This document shows, one piece after another, positions 49,247 through 60,344 of a stretch of 60,344 nt of DNA. Where the stretch lies: NCBI RefSeq assembly GCF_001194135.2, contig NC_068998.1:30041835-30102178 (forward strand). Direction: 5' to 3'. Below the pieces are notes generated by a model that searched no databases, was not told where the DNA came from, and was given only the letters and a program-made list of their open reading frames with translations. The DNA is from Octopus bimaculoides (lineage: Eukaryota). Position numbers and translations under genes: made by a program. Position 1 is the first letter of the stretch. Each line of letters starts with the position of its first letter.

Positions 49247-50286
49247 TTAATGAGGATATCTAAAAATGGTAGTTTTTCCTGGTTATATTCCATCGTAAAT
49301 TTGATGTTTTCATTTATTCCATTTAGTATCATTTTAAATTCTCAAGTTTTTCTATGCTTTCCTCCCAGAGGATGAAGCAGTCATCCAGATATCTTTTCCA
49401 ATTGTTCTGGATATAGTTGGAGAAAGAGTTCCCATATTTTTCTTGTAAAGAATTATTTCGATGTAACCCATTACTAGGTTAGTGAAAGAAGGTGCAGTAC
49501 GCGTACCCATGGCTGTTCCTGATCTTTGTCTGTAATAATTATTATTAAATATGAAGTAATTGTTTTGTAATATAAATCTTAGTTCTTCTATAACAAGCTC
49601 TTTATTTAAGCGAGTTGGTAGTTCAAAGGAGTAGTTGTTTAGCCAGAAAGTGATCGTTTCTATTCCTAAGATGTGGGGGATGTTTGAATAAAGGTTAACT
49701 ACGTCGAAGGATACTAGTAGGGTTTTTTCATTGACTGTTTTTGGGAGGTGGTTAAGCATGTCTATATCGTCTCTTATGTAGCTTTTAATGTGATTGAGGA
49801 AAGGTTTTAGATGTGTGTCTAAGAAGTTGCTGAGGCGGTGAGTTTCGCATGCTGGGCCTGCTATTATCGGTCTAAGTTTTAGATTTTTCGGTGAGAGGAT
49901 TTTGATGAATACATCAGTAGCTTTTTTACATGCTTCACTAATTACTTTGCTTTTGTGGACTTTAGGGATACCGTAGAATAAACTTGACTTACACTTGAAG
50001 TTGGTGATGTAATCGTACTCGTTGTCTGTGAGTCCTTCTCGGTATGAGTTGAGTAATGTCCTGAGGTTATTCATTATTTTTGGTTGATTATAATGTTGGG
50101 CTCTTTCGTAGTATGTCTCATCTCCTAATAGGGATAGTACTAAATTTTAATAATCATTTGTGTTCATTAGAACTACCATGTTGCCCTTATCTGCCTCCTT
50201 GATCATTATGGTTTTATCTTCTCTTAGTTTGACGAGGTCGTTCCATTCTCTTTTGTTGAAGTTTGGTCTGAATTTTTGCCTGTTTG
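49247..50286 (-). mobile_element. Penelope-like element RT, bounded by gaps
   Basis: FYGIPKVHK, LRPIIAG, LVSFDVVNLYSNIP, GTAMGTRTAPSF, KFTMEYNQEKLPFLDILI. Confidence 0.9.
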
Positions 50287-50989
50287 NNNNNNNNNNNNNN
50301 NNNNNNNNNNNNNNNNNNNNNNNNNNNNNNNNNNNNNNNNNNNNNNNNNNNNNNNNNNNNNNNNNNNNNNNNNNNNNNNNNNNNNNNNNNNNNNNNNNNN
50401 NNNNNNNNNNNNNNNNNNNNNNNNNNNNNNNNNNNNNNNNNNNNNNNNNNNNNNNNNNNNNNNNNNNNNNNNNNNNNNNNNNNNNNNNNNNNNNNNNNNN
50501 NNNNNNNNNNNNNNNNNNNNNNNNNNNNNNNNNNNNNNNNNNNNNNNNNNNNNNNNNNNNNNNNNNNNNNNNNNNNNNNNNNNNNNNNNNNNNNNNNNNN
50601 NNNNNNNNNNNNNNNNNNNNNNNNNNNNNNNNNNNNNNNNNNNNNNNNNNNNNNNNNNNNNNNNNNNNNNNNNNNNNNNNNNNNNNNNNNNNNNNNNNNN
50701 NNNNNNNNNNNNNNNNNNNNNNNNNNNNNNNNNNNNNNNNNNNNNNNNNNNNNNNNNNNNNNNNNNNNNNNNNNNNNNNNNNNNNNNNNNNNNNNNNNNN
50801 NNNNNNNNNNNNNNNNNNNNNNNNNNNNNNNNNNNNNNNNNNNNNNNNNNNNNNNNNNNNNNNNNNNNNNNNNNNNNNNNNNNNNNNNNNNNNNNATATA
50901 TATATATATATATATATACATTTTTTCTGTAGTTTCAACTCAAAGCTGCAACCATGCTGGGGCACCACTGTTTTACTACATTGTTATTA

Positions 50990-51985
50990 TTTTGGTGAAT
51001 AAGTGAGTTTGATGTAGCTACGTTCATTTGCACCTCTTGCTACGCGGTAGTTTCATCTGGGACGCTCAACAGGAAGAGGTCCAGTTTTGATTTGAAAACA
51101 TCTTCATCCACATTATGTAGGTCCCTCAGGCTCTTTGGGAGAATATTAAAAAGCTGTGGGCCAAGCTGTTGCAGTAACTGGTCCTGAAGCATGATGGCAT
51201 TACTGGGATCCTTAGTACTGTGCAGTGTTAACCCATCCTGGCATTGGTGTAGCTTTCAATGCCAAAATCTGACACAATTCCTTCCAGGATCTTCCAGATG
51301 TATATTACTGCATACCTCTCCCGCTTTCACTCCAGGGAGTAGAGTCTTAGCTGTTTCAGCCTTTCCCAGTAGCTGAGTTGTTGCAATGAGATGATTTTTT
51401 TGAAGCTTCATGGTACGTTGTTAATTTTACACTGTTGGGTGACCACAGCTGGGAGCGGTAGTCCTAATGACTGAGGACGAACGTCTTCTAGAAACCATCA
51501 TGGTTTCCTTCTCTCTGGTCTTGAATGTTCTCAGGATCCACCTAGCCCATCGTGTACACTTTGTTGCCATCCTGGTAATGTGCACTAGGAAAGAGGTATC
51601 ATCACTCATGTCGATACCCAGGTCCCTCACTGATTTAGGCTCTGGGATTGTAATCCTCTATGGACTTACCCTGTAAGTTTTATATTCAGTTTTGGATGCA
51701 GGTAGCACAGGGCTTGGAATTTTTCAGCATTAAACTTTATATTATTGTCCTCAGCCCACCTGTAAATTGAGTCTAACTGCTACTACAGGTATGCAACATC
51801 ACTGGGGTTCTGTATTTTCTGCAAGACTTTCGTATCGCCTGCGTAGGTTGCAAGAGTGGCTATCCGGGCAGCTGAGGGCAAATCTGAGAGGGCCACTATG
51901 AAAAGCAGTGGTTCCAAGACAGTGCCCTGTGGAACACCGCTCACTATTTTTGTTTTCTTTGAGGTGGCTTCATTGGATGTCGATG
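50990..51985 (-). mobile_element. Second CR1/L2-group LINE 3' fragment
   Basis: SGVPQGTVLGPLLF and RDLGIDMSDDTSF..RWILRTFKTRE; same span as 48150-49146 but diverged. Confidence 0.8.
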
Positions 51986-51989
51986 GCAG

Positions 51990-54900
51990 TAATGGGTGTG
52001 CTTTTTGACTGATAACAGTTTATGCACCGTCCTCAACAGGTCAGCCAGATTTCTTTCAACATCTAGAGGTTTTCCTGGGAACGTTTCAACCTTTACTTTT
52101 AGTGGGGGATTGGAATGCTACCTTTGACATGCATCTAGACTATGTGGGTAGAGATAAGAATAGGAGGGGATGTAAATGCCTCAAAGACCTGCTCAAACGT
52201 TTCCAACTGTCTGACAGGTACCAACTGGACCACCCGAATGTGCCAATGTGGACATGGAGCAACCGCATCAGGTCGTCTAGATTGTATTCAAATAGAGTAT
52301 TCTGTAAGACAGTGAATATGGATAGTGTAGGTTGTCTACAATTCCATATAGTTAGCCACACAGATCACAAATTTGTGACTTGTAATGCTTGAGTTAGACA
52401 AAAGTCATAGGCAGGGTCTTGGTTACTGGAAACTGAATGCATCGTGCATGGCGTGCCAGGCTTACAGGAACCAGATTAACACATTAGTTAAGAGGGTATT
52501 GACAGGCGCCATCGTCAACAATAGATGGTGGTATGCCCTAAAGAAAGCAATTACAGCAGAATCGATTAGATATAGTAAGGCTCTAGCGATAGATCAAAAC
52601 AGAAAAGAATGAGACCTAGTTAAGAAATTAGAAGTGGCATCGCGTCCAACGTGTTGGCGGCAAGGTTAGCCCTCAATCAACAGTTCGACACCAAACACGA
52701 AGGATGCATTGTCAGAGCTAGGATGTGTGCTCTGAGGAACGAATGAGTTGGAGCCGTCTGAGTGGCGGAGGTGCAATGAGACAACAAAGCGACCATTAGG
52801 TCTCTGACAGATGAACAGGGGCGCGAATTACTGGAGCCCGAAAGGATGTGTGAGGCTTTTCATCAGCACTTTGCCCAACTGTTCAGGACAGCTGGTGTGT
52901 CAGAACGCAGGGTGGACTTTAATGCCCACCTACATGGCCTGCCACGACTCTTGGCAAAAGAGTATGGGATGCGATGGCGGGCTGCATAGGAGACAAGTTT
53001 ACAGGCTTGGATGGTCTGCCCTACAAGATTTATTGTCATATGCCAGACTTGTTTGGAGGCGTCTTGGCAGCAGTTTACTGCAACTGGCAGCAAAACGGGA
53101 GTATCCCCAGTTTTGTGAAGTGAGGAGTGGTGGCACTCCTAAAGAAAGATCCAAACAAGCGGAATGTCATAGATAATTTCAGGCCCATCACTCTGCTCAA
53201 CGCAGATTTGAAGATTTTGGCCAAGGTGCTAGCCGAGAGGTTGGCGCTTGTCCTCGAGAAACTGGTCAACAAGGTGCAAACATGCGCAGTGACAGGCAAG
53301 AGTTTCCATGACAACCTCCATTTGATGCGCTACGTCACAGACAGGGTAGTCAAGGAATCTGGCATGGGTAGGGCGCTGATCAATTTGGATTAATCGAAGG
53401 TTTTTGATAAGGTTGACCATCGCTACTTGGAGGTTGTCCTTAGAGTGGCTGGTTTCGGTCCTGTCTTCTGTGGTTGGATTGCTACCTTATATAGCAACAT
53501 CCACTCGGTAGTTCATGTAAATGGTCATCTATCCAGACCATTTAATATCATGTGTTCAGTCCGTCAAGGATGCCCCTTCTCATCACTTCTGTTAATATTG
53601 ACTCTAGACCCACTGCTGCTGAAGAGCATGAGAACTGGAATGCAGGAGGAGTATGTCTGCATACGCGGATGATATCACCGTCATAGTGTTGAGTTACACG
53701 CATATCGACCTGGTTGGTGAGACACTAAAATAATACGAAGCAGTAATGGGAGCAAAAATTAACTCGGAAATGAAAGTGGGCTTGTATCTCGGCACCTGGA
53801 GAAGCAAGCCCATGCCGTCCAACAGTGTCTCCATAGTGAGATGCTGGACCGACAGACCAGTTAAATTGCTCGAGATCTGGTTCGAACCGGACCTCCAGAT
53901 GAAGAAGAACTGGGGCGAGATAACGAGTAGGGTGGCCACTCTCACCCAGCAATGGGCCGAGAGGAAGCTATCCCTAAAATGTCGGGTGGAGGTGGAGAAC
54001 GTGTACATCACATCCATCATCTTTAACCGTCTGACCATCGTGCCTTGTCCTGACCCTACCATCACCAAACTGGAATGCATACTCTTCCGCTTTTTCTGGA
54101 AGGGAAGCATTCTGATGGCTAGGTGATTCATTTGCTGTCAACACCCGTTAAATGGAGGGCTGGGCATGCTGTTGCTGATGATGCCTGCGCATCATCAACC
54201 ACAGCATGCCCATTGAGACTGCAACATGTCAGGCACTTCATAGACAACAGTGAACAGGTGTGGTCGCCGTTTGTGAGACATGCTTTCCCACAGCTCATCT
54301 CCTTGGTTGAACTGCAGTCATGGATCAAACAGAAACCGAGTCTCAGCGAATGGCACCATGAGTGCCGCCTTGCTCTCAAGCAACTCTGCTGTCTGGGACC
54401 AAACTTGTGCGATTTCAATTCCACAAAGGCATTCTATAGAGGATTAGTAGAGGGAAGGTACGACAACATTCTTGGGGAGAATCTGGGCGTTGATGTGGAA
54501 CACCTGACCCACCTCTTTTGGGCCAGGCCCTATGGACAATCACCAGAGATCCCTGGCCTAGCAGTGCTATTGGGAAGAATTGCCCATTCGGGATAAGCTC
54601 TACAGGCACGGTTCGAGATACACTGGACCGACTTGCCTGAGATGCTGTCAGAACGACAAAACCATTTTGTACACACTAGTGCAGTGTCCAACCATTTCAG
54701 ACTTGTGGGCTTATGTCAAACAGCTGCTGTCACATGTTGGACGAACTTAGTTGTCAGCTGAGTCTATCGTGAACATTGCTTTGCCACTTCCTTTAACCGG
54801 GAATGCAAGGAAGTTTTCAGTGTACTGGTGGCCATAGTGAAAGAATGTATGTGGTGGACACATGCGAAAGGTTTAGAGACAAACACTTTCCTCTCTGGCT
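51990..54900 (+). mobile_element. L1/Tx1-clade LINE ORF2 remnant (APE end, RT, C-terminal zinc knuckle)
   Basis: GDWNA, GLGYWKLNAS, NFRPITLLNADLKILAKVLAERL, VRQGCPFS, AYADDITV, CLRC..TILYTLVQCP. Confidence 0.88.
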
Positions 54901-55103
54901 ACAGTTTGGAGCAGTAGTCCAGACGACTGAGGACAAAGGTTATAATATATATAAGAGGTAATGAAAATTGATTTGTCGAGCGATAGGTTAATAATTGATG
55001 TCACTAACATTCACGAAGAAGATAAATGCTTGAAAATTCAAATATAATCATAGAATTATTTATCTCCGACAAGAAACATCTTACCAAGGACAGTTCCTTT
55101 TTA

Positions 55104-55146
55104 ACGCTGAAGAAGGGACTCGTATGTCCCGAAATATTAGATACAT
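55104..55146 (+). ncRNA. Minimal type I hammerhead motif, degenerate in stem I
   Basis: ACG-CTGAAGA-A-GGGAC-TCGTAT-GTCCC-GAAA-TATTAGA-TA-CAT; perfect stem II; stem I fits if CAT is a CpG-decayed CGT. Confidence 0.5.
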
Positions 55147-55244
55147 ATAAGACCAAAGATTACCAGGTAACTTACTTTTAGTTTACATTACCTCATCTTA
55201 AAATCTATTTGCATTGTTTGACCTTTAACATCTTTCAACATTTG

Positions 55245-57310
55245 AGGACCAAAGACTTGAAGTATTTCGTGTTGCAAGACAGTGTGTGAGAGAGAATCGT
55301 GATGTCGTGGGAGAGAAATGTGTTTGCATGGATGATGGTACGCTTGCACTAAACGAGGCTGCAAAGAAAGAGGTCTGGAGACGCCACTACCAAAGATTGC
55401 TCAATAAAGAGAATGAATGGGAGAAAGAGAGGCTGTCGAATATCGACCCAACAGTGGGACCAGCTAGCCGAGTTGACAGTACTATGGTAGATAAAGCAAT
55501 TAAGAGTATGAAGACAGGGAAGGCTCCCGGCCCATCGGGAATCACTGCAGACATGCTTAAAATATCTGGCAGTGTTGGCTATAGCCTAGTTACCCATATT
55601 GTTAACCAGGTGATACACGAAGGAGTCATACCCAACGACTGGTGTAGCAGCACCATTGTCAACTGCTACAAAGGTAAAGGTGACGTTTTAGATACAAATA
55701 ATTACAGAGGTATCAAGTTGTTAGATCAGGTAATGAAAGTCACGGAGAGGGTCATAACCCAACTAATTAGGGAGCGAGTCAGTTTGGATGAGATGCAGTT
55801 TGGGTTCGTGCCTGGGAAAAGCACCACTGATGCTATATTTCTGGTAAGACAGCGTCAGGAGAAATACCTAACCAAGGATAAACCTCTGTACCTGGCTTTC
55901 GTCGACATGGAGAAAGCCTTTGACAAGGTCCCCCGATCCATCATCTGGTGGTCAATGAGGAAACTAGGGATAGAAGAATGGTTAGTGAGAGCTGTGCGAG
56001 CCATGTACAGGGTCGCTGTTAGTAAGGTGAGGTTTGGAAATGAGTACAGTGAAGAATTCAAGGTAGAAATAGGGGTCCACCAAGGCTCTGTCCTCAGCCC
56101 CCTCCTATTTATCATAGTCCTCCAGGCGATAACAGAGGAATTCAAGACAGGATGCCCCTGGGTGCTCCTCTCTGACCCTGCACTAATTGCTGAGTCACTA
56201 TCAGAACTAGAGAAGTTTCGGGCATGGAAGCAATGACTAGAATCGAAGGGCCTTAGAATCAACCTAGCTAAAACCAAAGTCCTAATAAGTAGGAAAGTCG
56301 ACAAAACACAAACCCCTACAGGTAGATGGCCCTGCTCGATCTGTAGAAAAGGCGTAGGCAGAAACTCTATAAGAAGCACCAAGTGCAAGCTTTGGACACG
56401 TAAGAGGTGCAGCAATATCAAAGTAAGGTTAACTAGAAAGTTAGTTTTTGTATGTAACATGTTCAGGAGCAATAAACACTGTAAATGTGCAGAAAACAAC
56501 TCCTTCCACATTCTAGAGAGAAAAACTAGATGTGGTTGATAGCTTCCGCTATCTAGGCGACCAAGTTAGTAGTGGGGGAGGGTGCGCTGAAAGTGTAGCT
56601 ACTAGTGTAGCCTGGGCAAAGTTCAGAGAGCTCTTACCTCTGCTGGTGACAAGGGGCCTCTCACTCAGAGTAAAAGCCAGACTGTATGACGCATATGTAC
56701 GAACAGCCATGCTTTATGGCAGTGAAACATGGGGCTATGACTGCTGAGGACATGCGTAGGCTCGCAAGGAATGAAGCCAGTATGCTCCGATGGATGTGTA
56801 ATCTCAGTGTGCATACTAGACAGAGTGTAAGTACCTTGAGAGAAAAGTTGAACCTAAGAAGCATCAGTTGTGACGATTGCGCTGGTATGGTCATGTAGCG
56901 AGAATGGATGAGGATAGCTGTGTGAAAAAGTGCCACACCCTAGTGTTGAGGGAACCTGTGGAAGAGGTAGGCCGAGGAAGACCTGGGAGGAAGTGGTGAG
57001 GCATAACCTTCGAACATTGGGCCTCAACAAGGTGATGATTTCTGACCGAGACCTTTGGAAATATACTGTGCTTGAGAAGACCCAGCAAGCCAAGTGAGAC
57101 CTAAATCGAAGCCAGCCCACTTATACGTACCTTCCTTCGTTGGACACTAAACTCCGCTTGCGAAGTCCTGTTGAGGCAAGTGAAATCGAAATCGAATTAA
57201 ATTCGACGACTGGCACCCATGCCAACGTCGTCTCCTTCATTGGAAACGAAACTCGGCTTGCGAAAACCTATTGGAAATCGGATGTTAAATGACGATGATG
57301 ATGATGATGA
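55245..57310 (+). mobile_element. RTE LINE RT and 3' end; catalytic YADD deleted in this copy
   Basis: ORF 55286-56236 (GKAPGPSG, YRGIKLLDQVMK, FVDMEKAFD, GVHQGSVLSP); CPWVLLSDPAL here vs CPWELLYADDLAL in the 46.8-kb copy; (GAT)n tail. Confidence 0.92.
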
Positions 57311-57720
57311 TATATATATNNNNNNNNNNNNNNNNNNNNNNNNNNNNNNNNNNNNNNNNNNNNNNNNNNNNNNNNNNNNNNNNNNNNNNNNNNNNNNNNN
57401 NNNNNNNNNNNNNNNNNNNNNNNNNNNNNNNNNNNNNNNNNNNNNNNNNNNNNNNNNNNNNNNNNNNNNNNNNNNNNNNNNNNNNNNNNNNNNNNNNNNN
57501 NNNNNNNNNNNNNNNNNNNNNNNNNNNNNNNNNNNNNNNNNNNNNNNNNNNNNNNNNNNNNNNNNNNNNNNNNNNNNNNNNNNNNNNNNNNNNNNNNNNN
57601 NNNNNNNNNNNNNNNNNNNNNNNNNNNNNNNNNNNNNNNNNNNNNNNNNNNNNNNNNNNNNNNNNNNNNNNNNNNNNNNNNNNNNNNNNNNNNNNNNNNN
57701 NNNNNNNNNNNNNNNNNNNN

Positions 57721-58620
57721 ACTTAGTGCTCTTCTTATTAGTAATAGAACTAAACCAGTCAACAACTTGGAATGAATTAGACCATAAACTAAGCTTTAAT
57801 TTTTTAACTAAGAGAGGAATATATTTATCAAGAATATTTTTACTAAGTACACCAATGTCAGAGATAGAAGGAAAGATAAGTCTTAAGGATGGGTTATTAA
57901 AAAAAATTTGTTTATTATCTTTCAAAATAAACCGAGGTTGCTTAGGATTAAGTGGTTCTGTCTTCATCTGTAAGTTATACCTCTCCATAATTTTCTTAGT
58001 CTCAAGGTTGGCTTTCCTGAGTACACTTTTACCGGTAATCCTATACTTTTTTGAATTTCTTTTTTAAGCAATTCCAAGTAATGGTCCTTGTTAAGTTTGT
58101 ACAGGTTTCCCGTTTTATCTGATTGAACCAGCATACTATCCATGGTATTAATTTTCTTGGTAGTATTGTGTAGATACATCAGATTTTTTCTTTTTTTGTT
58201 TTGTTTATTCCTTAGTGGTGATCAGTGAAATTTTACATTTCTCACAAATAGACCACAGATCATCTTCAAACTGTTTCAATCTTGGGTTAGGTGGAGGAAT
58301 ATTTTTAGATTTAAATAATTTGTTAAATCCAGAGGTTGTATCATTACTGGGCTGTTGAATGTTCTTGTTTCATACAGGTAGTTCTTCTTCCCAGTTATCT
58401 AAAAGAATTTCTAATCATTACTCTACATTTAGGGATAGGAATAAACGTAACAGTACAGGGCTTAGCAAATTAATTTGGCATCTAAAAGATCATAATAAAC
58501 AATTTAATTTAGATTGGTTGATTCTCTCCATTTAGTTCCCTTATGATAAAGGCAAGAAATTCTGTCTTCTCTGTAATTGTGACCTATTTTTTAATTCTTT
58601 TTCAGAAAAATCCCCTTGCA
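57721..58620 (-). mobile_element. Naiad-like Penelope element, N-terminal/RT fragment
   Basis: LVQSDKTGNLYK, ILKDNKQIFFNNPSLRLIFPSISDIGVLSKNILD..LWSNSFQVVDWFSSITNK resemble the Naiad motif TLKDHKxNFxNxPxCRLINP..QWxNT..WF. Confidence 0.7.
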
Positions 58621-58974
58621 AACACGGTTAGAGTGTACTTACCAATGTAAACATTGGCAGAAACACACCTTTAGTTCATATAAGTGATATCTGCCATTAA
58701 ATATAATTTAAACATTGATTTTCTTCTTACATTTCACTTCCACTAGATATATCTTGTTCCAAGACTTTAAGGTTTTATTTAATTTACACATCGTTCTATA
58801 CTTCTCATTCATTTGGTTTCATTTTTTTTTCCTTTACCCTTCCTCTTTCTATAGGCTACCTTTGATGTTATATCCTCTAACATTTTTTTTTAAACTTAAT
58901 AGCGTTCAGTTAATCACTTTACATATCCATCATATTCTGCTAAAATGTCTTATTGATGAGTTTTATTTCTTCAT

Positions 58975-59053
58975 TTCCCTGAAGAGATTACATTGTTTTA
59001 CATCATTTTATTCCTTTGGAATAATACCAATATCTTTGAAACATGTGTTGGAA
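58975..59053 (+). ncRNA. Type I hammerhead motif with inner stem II hairpin, in an inverted PLE pseudo-LTR
   Basis: TTCC-CTGAAGA-GATTACATTG...TATTCC-TTT-GGAATA..CAATATCTTT-GAAA-CATGTG-TT-GGAA; GUU triplet. Confidence 0.6.
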
Positions 59054-59353
59054 GTAAAAGAATTTGAATAACACCTGTGTTTAACTCCATTTATTTATTC
59101 ATATATATATTAAACAAAATATTTCACATAAACCCGGAGTTTCTACCTTTAAAAACAAGGTGTTACGCCCTTTTTACTTGTGTGACTTTTTGCTACCCTG
59201 GTAACTGTTTATCTATTTTTTCCATGTTAATTGTAAACAAATGGAAAAATACACACATCTATTTATATATATATATAACAAAACTGTCCGTTGAATGGGA
59301 ACGTAAAACTCTGAGTAACAACTTTTGTTATATTTCTGCTGCTTTTAAATAAA

Positions 59354-59400
<47 letters not shown>

Positions 59401-59551
59401 AAGGGGTTTGTATGATTGTGTATAGAAGAATATATTACTCAAAGGAATTCCAACTCTGTTTTTCATGTTTTATTTATATTCTTATAATATTAATATAAGA
59501 TATAAAATAATATAGTAAAAAGAAATGAAATGAAGTATTGTTTATTCTTAT

Positions 59552-59594
59552 TGAACTAGTATACTTTCTTGCATTTATTCAATCTTCAGGTTCA
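59552..59594 (-). ncRNA. Minimal type I hammerhead (left-arm copy, one stem II mismatch)
   Basis: Minus strand TGAAC-CTGAAGA-TTGAA-TAAA-TGCAA-GAAA-GTATAC-TA-GTTCA. Confidence 0.75.
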
Positions 59595-59963
59595 TATGTG
59601 AAGAACTGTATGTGGGCCACACAGTCAATGCACTATCAGAACGCTCATGTGTGCACCGACAATAAATTTTAAACTATACAATCCGAATGAAATCGAGAGA
59701 AAACTGAGAAAAAAGGACTTTATTAATAAATTCAAACCCAAGTTTAAGGTTTAAAAGTCATATCTTCATATCTAAAAGACAAAAATCTCTAAAAAGTACT
59801 GCTGTCAGTATTTCTGAAAATAAACAGTGAAAAATGGTATGGCATCATTTCTAAAAATATCCAAGCAACTACAACCTCTATCCACAGGAATGTATATAAA
59901 GGGCAAAATTTAACCAGTCAACCACAGTTGAAACCAATGAACACAAATGCCACCACCACCATA

Positions 59964-60006
59964 TGAACCTGAAGATTGCATAAATGCAAGAAAGTATACT
60001 AGTTCA
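59964..60006 (+). ncRNA. Minimal type I hammerhead with all stems intact
   Basis: TGAAC-CTGAAGA-TTGCA-TAAA-TGCAA-GAAA-GTATAC-TA-GTTCA; palindromic stem III AGTATACT; CUA triplet with cleavage after 60001. Confidence 0.85.
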
Positions 60007-60166
60007 ATAAGAATGAACATTTAATACATTTGTTCAATAAGAATGAACAATACTTCATTTCATTTCTTTTTACTATATCATTTTATATCTTATATTAATA
60101 TTATAAGAATATAAATAAAACGTGAAAAACAGTCAGAGTTGGAATTCCTTTGAGTAATATATATAT

Positions 60167-60344
60167 ATCATCATCATCGTTTAACGTCCGCTTTCCATGC
60201 TAGCATGGGTTGGACGATTTGACTGAGGACTGGTGAAACCGGATGGCAACACCAGGCTCCAGTCTGATTTGGCAGAGTTTCTACAGCTGGATGCCCTTCC
60301 TAACGCCAACCACTCAGAGAGTGTAGTGAGTGCTTTTACGTGTC
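60167..60344 (-). mobile_element. RTE 3'-UTR/SINE-like repeat copy
   Basis: catcatcatcgtttaacgtccgctttccatgctagcatgggttggacg...; near-exact reverse complement of 170-335. Confidence 0.85.

Larger units (their letters stand above)
59433..60160. repeat. Long inverted repeat (~175/200-bp arms) of PLE pseudo-LTR type
   Basis: Arms at 59433-59597 and 59961-60160 are near-perfect reverse complements; spacer has GIY-YIG-like remnants (YVGHTVNALSER..H; FINKFKPK). Confidence 0.85.

Noticed and set aside
48150-51985. Two CR1/L2 fragments of similar span flanking a Penelope RT (possible LTR-like composite)
   Set aside because: The copies are strongly diverged and all junctions fall in gaps; independent insertions are more parsimonious.
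1-60344. CRISPR arrays, rRNA genes or prokaryotic operons
   Set aside because: None seen; the sequence is eukaryotic with spliceosomal introns, and the tandem repeats lack unique spacers.

Overview
AT-rich, repeat-dense animal genomic DNA with N gaps. The SINE and LINE families suggest an octopus or other coleoid cephalopod (inference, not verified). One host gene is supported: CHMP3/VPS24 (ESCRT-III) on the + strand. Four coding exons (13279-13458, 38072-38193, 39658-39772, 41371-41528) have canonical GT-AG boundaries and a continuous frame to the C-terminal MIM1 motif. The first two exons were not found and probably lie upstream. Most of the rest is transposon-derived: RTE, CR1/L2, L1/Tx1, RLE-type and Penelope-like (PLE) retroelements, two Gypsy remnants, Tc1/mariner fossils, two 8-bp-TSD MITEs, tRNA-SINEs, and a near-complete fossil DDD transposase resembling Sola3. 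Best leads: (1) seven type I hammerhead-ribozyme motifs, four with an enlarged stem II, mostly in PLE pseudo-LTR-like context, including an inverted pair; (2) a near-perfect recursive-splice site (AG|GTAAGT) at the start of the CHMP3 exon that ends a 24.6-kb intron; (3) the Sola3-like element with an N-terminal Cys cluster; (4) a PHD finger inside the RT domain of an RTE family; (5) a miniature tRNA-Trp-primed LTR element. All analysis was by eye; no database search or folding computation was run.
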